In this document: positions 53,301 to 64,000 of the stretch, piece after piece | How the letters are laid out: each line of letters starts with the position of its first letter | Position numbering within the stretch: the stretch's first letter is position 1 | From: Spizellomyces punctatus DAOM BR117 | Taxonomy: Eukaryota | Length of the DNA: 64,000 nucleotides | Assembly: GCA_000182565.2 (NCBI GenBank) | Contig: KQ257459.1 | Direction: 5' to 3' (one strand) | Position numbers and translations under genes: made by a program | Notes under the pieces: model-generated | Databases searched by the model: none | The model's input: only the letters and a program-made list of their open reading frames with translations | Told to the model about the DNA's origin: nothing

Positions 53301-56300
53301 GCGCTGGAGGAACACAAAACCTTGGATCTTAAAGTGGACTTCGCTGCACCGATCTTTGTGCTTCCTCAGAGGTAAATATATGAGTACGTGTTAGGAGAAT
53401 AGACGGAGAGACGTCAATATGCCCTTTCGTAGTTGTACCGACAGCCATTCAATGATGATGCTAGTGGATGCCGGCCATTTCCTGTTGGAAAGCAATTATG
53501 TGAATAAAGAAAAGAAGAAGGAGCTCCAATTAAAGCACGGTGCCCTGCATTCAGCCGAGGATCTGGGTGAATTAACAACTTTGCTTTACGACCGGTTTAC
53601 GTGCCAGCTCTCATCAGTGCAGGTACTTTCTCATAAGTGGTATCTTGTCCCCCCTCGTCTCACGACTTTGCGATCCGCTGTTGATTTTAGGTGTTGATTG
53701 GCCAATCATTAGACAGATGTTTGGAGGAAGCTCTAAGTGAGAGCCTCAAAGGGGAACTTCACCTGATCGAACGCGTAAACATGAGCTTCGTTCTCGAGAT
53801 GTGCATCCTCCCAAAACTTGTTGATTTTGCTCGAATGAAGATATCTGGCAACCTTCCGAGATTGCATCTGAATTTATCGGATCGCAAGTACAAAGTAATG
53901 ATGAGCATCGTGGATCTGATTACCAACCGCTCGCAGCCGATAGAGGACGGTCACTCCCAGCAACAAACAGAACCTGCTTCTGGAGCGCGTCCTTTACGCT
54001 GGAACTTGGTAGAAAATGAACCAGAAGTGGTTGTCTACGATGATGGCGACTCTTTCTATGACGCACCGGAGGAAATGGATGTGGACGCTCGGTCTGAGAT
54101 GACGGATGATTCAAAGGATCGAGTTCTAGTGGATCTTAGATTTGATGTCAATCATGCATCCGTTTCCCTAATGAAATCCGAGAAGGACCCCCACTTACCG
54201 GATCGACCGCTAGCTGATTTGACAATTGATACGTTCGGATTGAATGTGCGCTCGCTAACACATGAGCTGGATGTCAAGGTGCGCATTCGTGCCGTGGTAA
54301 TCGACGATAAACTACAGTCTGAAGAGTCGGAATTTCGTTATTTGTTGGCGCCAACGGTCAGTGATGACGCGGAGTCCATTACGAGCGATAAATCATCGGT
54401 GGATCAATTGATTCGCGTCCGATACCTGAGCATGAAGCCGACTAGCGCGGATTACAAAGGAATTGATCAATCGCTGGACGTTTCTTTCGCGGCTGTGACA
54501 GTGGTGCTGACAAGCAGCAGTGTCCTCATGTTGTACGACTTCATTCTTTCTACTTTCACCTCACCCAACGAGAACCCTCCAAACCACCAGCAATTGCAGG
54601 ATCATACTGGGGATGCATCTGATGAGGATGCCGCGATCGCCTCAGGCAAAACGACCTCCTTATTAGTCAACGCAAACATGAAGAGTATCGCGTTCGTGAT
54701 CAATCAAGATGGCCATCGCCTTGCAACAGCGCGATTTGGAGAGCTGCAGACCTCGGTATTAATGAAAAATAACGTTATGTCTGTTACAGGTGGGATTGGT
54801 GACTTAGCAGTGGTGGACGACGTTCAGAGAGTGGGAGATGGACGTCTTTTCCGCCAACTCCTGGAAATAGAAGGAGAAGAGCTCGCCCACTTCAAGTGGG
54901 AAACTTTCGATAAACTGTCGCCTCAGTATCCTGGGTATGATACGGCCCTGACGCTGAGAGGGTCTTCTATACGAATAACGTATCTGGAGTCTTTGCTGCA
55001 CGAACTCATGGAATATTTCAGCAAGTTCAGAGACATGCACGTACTCTTAGAGAGTGCTCGTAAGGCTGCCATTGAATCTGCTCAGCAAATTCAAGAGGCG
55101 GCAGGTAAATTTCATTACGATATCGAGATCCAGAGTCCCATCCTCGAATTTCCGAAAACATCTCTCCAATCGAGGGACACGCTTACAATCTTTCCGGGCA
55201 TTATATCTGCGAAGAATGTCTTCCAAACCGAGTTTGATGGCACTGACATCGATACGGTCACAGCAACGGTACACAACATGAAAGTCGCCACGTCGTTCAG
55301 CAAAGGTGCCGACGTTGAGCAACGACAGATCCTAGATAACGTAACTGTGAATGTCATCATGAAAACTGCTAATGGCTCTGATTCTTCCAGCATTCCCGAT
55401 TCCACCGTATGTACCAGCAAACCTTTCGTCTTGTGAAGCCCTGTTCTAACGACTTATTCCCACTCTCCTTGGCAGCTTGATGTCACAGTCTCCGATGTGC
55501 GAATCAAGACTACGCAACGTCAATATTCGTTCCTGCTTGAATTGGGGGAATCTCTAACTCGCCTCGCGTCTTCTGAAGTGACCGAGCTACCAGAGGAGTC
55601 ACAATTAGCGATAGTTGACCCGAAAGTCACTCCGTCGACCGTTGAACGTCCCAACAACCCACCTGCTGCTCGAGACATTAAGGTGACCATTCCTTCAATA
55701 TGCCTCGAGATCTTCAGGACCAATCATGACGAGATGGACACCTCCCTTGCGCAATTCGCGATGAATAAAGTCATTTTTAAGTTTTCGGCTTCGAAGGAAG
55801 GTTCTTCGGAAGCCGAGCTGCAGGTGAGGACATTCTCCGTACGTGATACACGCCAAGAGAACCGTAATTTCTTCCGGGAGATTATGCCATCCGCCGGCCG
55901 CGATGAAGATCAATTGGTAGTGCATTATTCGTCATCCGAAGCGGGTAGCAATACAATTGCGACATTGACTAGTCCTACAGTGATCCTAATCCCGGATCAT
56001 TTGTTTCTGGTGCGCGACTTCTTTGTTAAACCCCTGGCTTCGAAATCGAGCGAAGCTTCTGTTCAAAAGCAATCTACGGAGCTGCAGGAGACAGAACCCA
56101 GTAATGAAACCACAGCATCATACAGAGTGGATCTCATTGATATGGAACTAATCCTTCTTCACACGGCTGATGCTCCCTCTACGGAAGCAATTATTCTGTC
56201 GTCGAAACATTTGGCTGTTTGCCACGAGCATGTCACTACGGTCGGAATCAAAGAAATGGGAATGTATTTGTGCGAGATGGATAAGCGTGACGAGACTACT

Positions 56301-59300
56301 GTGCCATTTATTCAAGACTTCGACCTGACGCTGTCAATGGACAACCGAATGACGGCTCCTGGGCATAGTTTGAGCAACATCAATGTCGATCTTGCACCCG
56401 TTATGCTCAGAGTCTCTTATCGCGACATGTTGCTAATAACGGAGATCGTAACGGGGGTTAACACTCATTGGGCCGCATCGAATGCCGAAGGTTCCGCCGC
56501 CTCTGATACAAGCACGGAAGAAACCCAGGTAGTTTCAGCGCAAGAAAAGGTCATCATGGCGCGAGAAAGGGTATGTCAATGAATCTCGATGGCTCTATCG
56601 GTGTGATAGCTGCTCATTATTGCCACCCAGCTGCACGCGACTGTACAAGGATTCAGACTTGTGTTGATTGATGATCTCAATGATTTGCATTTACCTATGT
56701 TGGACATCATTATGGACAAACTCGTGATTGATCTGGCTGACTGGACGTCTACAGTAAGTTCGCATATGGCTCTCAGCAATACAAGCAAGAACATATACTA
56801 ACTGTAATGATAGATGCGGTTAGAGACTGCTCCATCACTATCCTGCAACTACTTCAATGTCAAGAATTCTCATTGGGAACCACTTATCGAGCCGTGGCAG
56901 TTTTTCATTAACGTAAGTGTCTAGCATAACTCTTGAGATTGTATGGCATGTGTGGACTCCGTTGTAACGCACTAGAGGCGTGTCATAGCTTGGCCGACAA
57001 TCTGCTACAGGAACGCTGTCGTTAGACGCATTCGCTAGAAAACGCCTCGAGGTCAACGTGACACACACATTTGTAGAAACTGTCCTAAGCACACTACACT
57101 TATGGAACAAGCAAGAAAGGGTACATGCAGCTTGAGACTGCACGTTTTCAACTATTGTATGCTGATTGAGCTCATCTACCCTGTCATGGAAATTCCCATG
57201 AATAGAGAGATCTCACCTCTCGAAGAGGCATGCACGCTCCCTACGTATTTCGAAATCGTACTGGTTACGACCTGTACGTCTGGGCAGACTCTGCGGATAG
57301 TGGCCTAGATACCGAATTGAAACAGCTTGCCAATGGACAAGATATGCAATGGCGGTTCGAGGATTGGCGAACCATGCGGGAGGTATGTTAATATTGACAA
57401 TTGTCGCCAACCATTTGTGGGACTTATTAAGTCCAAAATTCATTCAGAGAACAGTCCCAATATCGAACAAAGTGTCTCTCCAGTTGAACGGTCCCTCGTG
57501 GGAGACTTTGAAGGGCATTTCATTGGACCGGGAGGGAATGAGAACTTACATCTTACGACCCGCAATCAATCGTGTAGTCCATCGACTCGTATGTGAAGTG
57601 AAATTGAAGGATAACGTTAAAATTGTTACATTCCGTTCCGGATTGGAGCTGCAAAATGATACTAGCGTGACTGTCGATATGGTGGTGGTGAACAGTAAGA
57701 AACAGCGCACGACTAATGTCACTACCATTGGTACGCAAATGTCTTCTCATATCTCCTCATGCATCATGCTAAGTGACCGGTTTCCAGTTCCGGGGGAAGA
57801 GTTTTATGTTCCTATTGAGGCGTCTTATTATGATATGGTGCAAGTTCGGCCACACGGTAAGGTCTTGACACCGATTCGTTCTTGCTTGTTGTTAATATCA
57901 CATCTGCAAAAGGATTTGGATACGATTGGAGCACAGAGATCATCTTCTGGAAAGATCTGCAAAAACAGAAAGTCTGTGAGTATTAGTAGACCCAAAGTAG
58001 ATTGCGATATTTTTACGGTTGCGCTAATCCTTTAAGGGTGGCAGCTCTAATCACTTGCCGATCCACTGATCCCACGGCTCCCGCGTTTCGATTTCAACTG
58101 AACTGTGTTTACACGCACGGTACAAAAGACAGGTATGCCTAGGAGTGCAAATGTACTTGCCGTGCAGTCTTCAAAGCTCACAAACATGTCGTGTCTCCAG
58201 CACGTATCCAATGATGACAGTGAAGCTATTGCCGCCATTTCAACTAGAGAATCTGTTACCCTACGATATGCGCTATTCTTTGCACGACAAAACTGCAAGG
58301 CAGCAGCACACGGAAGTTCTGCGCAAGGGGGATCTACAGCCTATCCACACGGTAGATCCTACCCATCTGCTCGCCCTGGGCGTCGAGATCCCGGACTCCG
58401 GTAAGTGTTTCTGTTACACAGTTCACACGCTACCGTTGTGAGGGTCTTCGGCTTAGTCTATCACCTCAGCTTATCGACCCAGCGAAGTCGCCATCATCAC
58501 GAACTCTGAACTTGATTATCGCGACGAGACATTACGACTGGCTGATCCAAATGGGCAGCAGTTACTTTTGCGAATAAAATATCAGTAAGTTCGGCCCCCG
58601 CTTCTGAACGATAGGGCAAATATTTAATCACAACTTGAATATATTCAGAGATAAATTGGATATGCGCGGTCGCACAGTCAGCATCTACAGTCCATATGTT
58701 CTATTGAATAAGACGGGGGTGGACATGATATTCAGCACACGATCTTTGATGGGCGTCACACGCTACACAAGCCCTGCTGGTGAGTTTGTGCATTGTGATA
58801 GAAGAGAGCGAATCATCGCCAATGCTAATTCTCTATCTTCATTATCAGCAAATGAAAAAGAGGAGGTGCGGTGTACTACTCGTTTTTATGCAGTCAGCAA
58901 GCTAATCTCATCGTTATTGCAGGTCAAGCCTCTGCTTTTCTCCTTCCCGAATTTTGAACCACTTCGGTCGCGCGTGCAAGTCAAGGTTCTTCCAAACTCC
59001 GACTGGAGTAAGGTAAGTTGCCAAAACTGCCCTTGCTCCGTATCTACCGCACCAGTATGGTGAGCACTCACGTCGTCTGAAGCCCATTAGTTTCGATGCT
59101 GTGGGCAGCTCATTCGAAATATCTATATCCTCCTCGAAAACACGAACAGAAACACATATTGGGGCTACCATCAGAGAGGGAGAAGGAAAGGTAGGATTTT
59201 TGATACGATATTATCTGATATTTCCGACTAATGATGCCGCATCTCGATACAGTACTTCCTCACCAAAGTAGTGACCTTTGCCCCACGTTTCATTTTCAAA

Positions 59301-62300
59301 AATAACATGGATGAGGATATACAATTCCGGCAATTTGGCGCCACCACAACTAGTCATCTCCGCTCCCAGACTCAGACACCCTTACACACGTTGAACATGA
59401 CGGAAGGACCGCAGACGCAAATGTGTATACGTCTAACGGGGCTCATGAATGAATGGTGAGATGGTGGTCGGAAGCGTGATCCAGTGCTCAGTGAACTCCA
59501 AACTCAGATTTTTCTAGGTCAAATCCATTCGATGTAACACAAGTGGGAAGAGTGTATGTTAAACTGGGTCGCATGAGTTCTCCTGAGCAAGATTTGGTCC
59601 GCACCGAAGTCTTAATTCAGGACGCCACAATATTCGTTATATTTGCCGGACGCGAGACAAGATGGCCCTACAGAATAGAGAATCGCACGGACGTAGACGT
59701 TGACATCTGGCAACAGGTCTGCCTAACCTGTAGAGCAACTCATGTAGCTAAGTCGGTTATTAAAGCTGCATTTCATCATAGGGATCGAAAACACGATATA
59801 GGATTCCCAAGGGCGAGGAGAGACCCTATGCATGGGATTACCCGTCAGCTCCAAAAAAGACACTAATCCTCAGTGCGAACGGACGCGAAAGAGAAATCGA
59901 TGTATTGGAAATGGGACAGCTTGTGCCCTTCAAATATCCCGTACGATTGATTCTTCACTATTCCTTCTTCCCGATTGATTATTACTGACCATATCTTTGC
60001 CAAACAGGCGACTCCTAGTAGCAGAGGGGGAATCATGGCCATACACGTAGTCGCCGAGGGCCCTACCATTGTCGTCCGGCTCTCTCCATACGTTGAGAGC
60101 AAGAGCGCATTCAAAAAGAGCAGATCTAAGCCGGAATCCACTTCATCGGATGTTGACGTGAAGGAAACTTTCCAAATGGTTTGTGCTCTCAAGGATAGCA
60201 ATCATGTCCATGCCCTTCCCAAATTTAACCGCCCAGTGTCGTACTACTCCAGAAAAAGAAGGAAGCGAACATGTTGATGGCAGTGCAAGTACGTCTGGAA
60301 GGAATCGGGGTGTCCTTAATTAATAAGGGGATGCAGGTGAAGTCCATGGTTTCGTTGCCATTGGATACCCCGGTATTAACATCATCATGCGTAATATTAC
60401 AGGAGCTCCTGTATGCGTCAGCACGAAACCTGACATTTGCCTTTACGGACACTACGATGAATCAAGCGCTGAGCTTCAGCGTCAAGTGGCTACAGGTGGA
60501 TATCTATATGCCAGAGTCAACTGAGTTTGATGGAGAGTCTAATGTCAGCTTTGTATTTAGATTGACAACCAACTCTATGAAGGTCTGGAGCCAATCTTCC
60601 TCTATCCGACGGTCATTCCAAAGGAAGGAGAGGAGGACTACCATCCGATTCTTATGACCGCTCTTTCGCGGTCGAAAGATCCCTGTATGTGGCGGAAATG
60701 ATGTAAACGCTTGGAATGTTCATGATGCCTTATCCCGTGTAGCCTACGGCGTGGATTTCTTCGACTGGTTTACCATACTGCTCCAGGAACTCTCCGTGGA
60801 CATGGACGAGGAATTCCTGGGTGCATTAATAAGTTTCACAAAGTTCAATGTACCAGGGTGGGATGAGGAAAAAAGGTTGGTATGGATAGCACACGTAATA
60901 TGGCACAACTGGTCATTAATAATTCCCATCTATGCCTCAGTACGCTCTGCGACACGAGCATGTCAATACCAGAGCCGCCGCTCACACGGGACGACAACAA
61001 GATGTATTTTGAAACGTTCCTGCTTCAACCGGTCCAGATAAATGTATCCTTTGTCAGAACACAGACGGTTAATATCGAGGAAACGAGGTAATCATTTCCA
61101 CTGATCGGTTTCAAGTAAAAGCTCGCATATGAATCCGTTGATACCGTAGACCAAGGCACCACGGTGTATTGGCATTTGTGCTCGATGTTTTGACAATGAC
61201 ACTGGGCAATATACATGTAAGTACAAGGTACCGCAATGTGTTGACGTTTGTACTGGAACTAAACCATGCTACCTTGTACAGGATGCCCCCCTTCGCTTGA
61301 ATGTATGTACAGCCCTGCGCCTCTGCCGAAAATAAGAGTTGGTCTTCCCCTCACCTGCCTTCCTCTCTTACAGGCTCTAGAACTGAAGCACGCCAACGTT
61401 ACACTCAACCAACTTGTGGACCTTATTGTGAGGTTTTACTCTCAAGAGCTTATTGGACAGGTACAGGTCTGTCGGTGATTTTCGCAGTACAATCACCACT
61501 AATCTCTGCTTCAGGTTCATAAAGTAATCGGGTCAGCGGATTTCCTGGGAAATCCGGTTGGATTGTTTAACAATGTCAGCTCCGGGGTTAGCGACTTCTT
61601 CTACGAACCTCTGCAAGGTTTTGAAATCACAAGGCCACAAGATTTTGGTATAGGTGTAGCCAAGGTTTGTAGTGAACTCGAATTGCTGATCTTACGAGCT
61701 AGAAGAGTTCAACATTTTGGTCACCAGGGTGCCGCCAGTCTCTTCCGAAAAACTGTGTTCGGAGTATCAGATACGTTCTCCAAGTTCACAGGCAGCATCG
61801 GCAAAGGTTTGATTGGATGAAGCAGAATCCTGATACCAATACTGGAAACTAAACTCTGTAAATGAAAGGTCTCTCGGTTATCACAATGGATAGTGAGGTA
61901 TGAAATAGTATACTGTTTCGACAAGGTGTGGAGTGGCGTTGATGTCATTTTGCTTTCTTTTTTCCAGTTCCAACAGCGTCGTCGGCTGTCCAGTATAAGG
62001 TGAGAACAGCGTTTTAGTCGATATATGGCAGTTACTGAACTCGAGCATATGCCAGGAACCGCCCTCGACATGCTGTGTACGGAGTAACGACGGGTGCTAC
62101 TTCATTAGCCAGAAGCGTAGCAAGTGGGATCACCGGAGTGGTGGTAGGTGGAATTTAGAGTTGATTTGCCACAAACAATACTCATGGCATGTTTGTCTTC
62201 CCAAAGTCCAAGCCGTTTGAAGGTGCTCAAGAAGAAGGTGTCGGCGGATTCTTCAAAGGTCTCGGCAAAGGCATAGTGGGGTGAGTAGCGACTTAATTGC

Positions 62301-63153
62301 CCTCTGCTTCTGCACGTCGCTGATGAAATTGCAGTGTTGTTACGAAACCAGTTATTGGTGTGATTGATCTGGCAACGAATGTTGGCGAAGGTGAGGACTG
62401 AATTCTCGCTTCATCTTTTTATCATCTGTTGATATCTAATAAGAAGCACTCTCTTGATTAGGAATTCGCAACACAACCACCGTTTTCGACACTGACCTCG
62501 ACAGGCAAAGACTGCCCCGACATATCGGCAAAGACATGATCCTGACGGTACGAACGGAGCATCTGGTTTAACGATAGTACTTGTTTTCTAATTTGTAGCA
62601 GCCTTACAACCCTAGGGAAGCTCTGGGATTGAACTGGCTGAAAGGATTAGAGAGCGGACGATACTTTCATGAAGACTATATTGCGCACTTGGGTAGGTGT
62701 CCATTTCGTGTGCGCTTCTGGTGAATGGGCGGCAACCTAACCACTTATTCACACGCAGAATTGAGGATCGAGGACCTAGTGGCGATCGTAACAAATGTTC
62801 GCATAATTATGACGCGAATCAAAAAGCTGAAGATGGACTGGGAGATTCCATTCGAGGGTAAGTTGCTCTGATCTGATCCGGCATGTAAGAGTGGGAGAAC
62901 TCACTTGTTTGTCAGAACTGCAACTCGTTCGACCTGAAAGCGGGGGCATTACTCTTATCAAGAAGAGTCGGCAGCACGCGAGAGCCCGCGTTATTCCATG
63001 CCCCGACGCTGCTAGTGCACAGGTGCGTGTGCGAACTTGGCAGAACTTTGGTCGTGATTTTATGCTCAAAACCATCCTTTCACTTAGTGGTTTTGCGGTA
63101 TGCTGGAAGGCGCCTTCACCGACTTTATTGAGCAATACAAACCATATGAATAG
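50370..63153 (+). CDS. VPS13: VPS13 bridge-like lipid transfer protein, about 57 introns by manual count
   Basis: Chorein-N ([52 protein letters not shown]), [72 protein letters not shown]. Confidence 0.97.
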
Positions 63154-63299
63154 TCTCAACCATCACATATTATACATTTTGTACTTAGGGCGATATTTCA
63201 AATTGTAATGCAACTCTCATGTGTCCCATTTTAATGCGTTTGTGACTCGCGTGTCCCACCCAGCCCAACGTTTTGATCATCGTTTTCTTTTCCATCAGC

Positions 63300-64000
63300 A
63301 TGAGCCCAAAACGTGTAGCACTTTCTTTCACTGGTGGGAAGGACTGTACGCTCACTCTCCATATACTAGCCAGCAACTCTGAGCTGGTTGTTCCACTACT
63401 GGTGACTTTTGCGCCTACACCTAGCTCGTCGACGAAACCGTTCCTCAGTCATCCGATTCCTTTAATAAAGAGAATAGCACAGTCCTTGCAGATAGAGCAT
63501 AGAGTACTATATATAGATGGCCCGGACTATATGAGCTCGTACGTCTCCCATTTCATCGCGTTAAAGGATGAAGGAATAGAGGAATTCGCCACAGGTGACA
63601 TTGAGGACGTCTGTTCGGATTTCATGGTATTGTGCCAGTACGGTTCGAGTGAGTGAAGGTAGTGACGAGATTGATGCCCTAGTTATTGTTGTCAGGGTCG
63701 TGCAGCACGGCAAGCAGGACTTCCTCTCAACCGGCCACTTTGGCAGGTTCCGCGGGCGTCCCTTCTATCACAGCTCTACGATACTTATGCGCTTTCCTTT
63801 GTTGTCACATGTGTCAATACTGAATCAGTGCCCCTTGAACTTGCCCGCAGGATGGTAGGCAAAGTCTTGACCAAGGATCTCCTTGATGAAATCATGTCCC
63901 AAAAGGAGTGCGAAACGGTTGATGCTTGTGGGGAGTTTGGGGAATATCACACAATGTGTTTGGACGGACCACTGTTCAAACAGCGAATACAGCTAATGAA
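63300..64000 (+). CDS. Dph6/MJ0570-family PP-loop ATP pyrophosphatase, prokaryote-like; runs off the window end
   Basis: LSFTGGKDC (PP-loop), TGDIEDV, RPLWQ, DACGEFGEYHTMCLDGPLF. One intron at 63627-63695. Confidence 0.85.

Noticed and set aside
61044-61052. GTATCCTTT in VPS13
   Set aside because: It is inside a coding exon (NVSFVRT) already bounded by normal GT-AG sites.
37386-64000. DPH2 and a Dph6-family gene as a diphthamide cluster
   Set aside because: They are about 24 kb apart with unrelated genes between them, and the Dph6-like gene may not be the true DPH6.

Overview
This is eukaryotic, gene-dense genomic DNA with many short (about 50-100 nt) GT-AG introns. The gene content (BRE/BABAM2, FAM184, KCTD-type BTB, fungal-type PDH protein X) points to an early-diverging, probably zoosporic (chytrid-like) fungus; that placement is inference. 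About 21 protein genes can be reconstructed by splicing: a low-complexity protein, GBE1/GLC3, a derlin-like protein, BABAM2/BRE, a PQ-loop transporter, a BTB protein, RPP14/POP8, GBF1/GEA, a lipoyl-less protein X, an orphan ORF, a CBR1-like SDR, an alpha/beta hydrolase, NFU1, an MRH4-like helicase, AFG2, DPH2, FAM184, TRAPPC10/TRS130, yippee, VPS13 and a prokaryote-like Dph6-family PP-loop ATPase. I saw no tRNA, rRNA, CRISPR array or intact transposon, and there is a 131-N gap. The main observations are: (1) a textbook U12-type AT-AC intron in TRAPPC10, implying a minor spliceosome; (2) RFX X-box-like palindromes in several short divergent promoters; (3) a catalytically dead, lipoyl-less E3-binding protein; (4) a BRCA1-A/BRISC subunit in a fungus; (5) a roughly 170-nt structured element in the only long intergenic region. 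All family assignments come from recognising motifs by eye, not from database searches.
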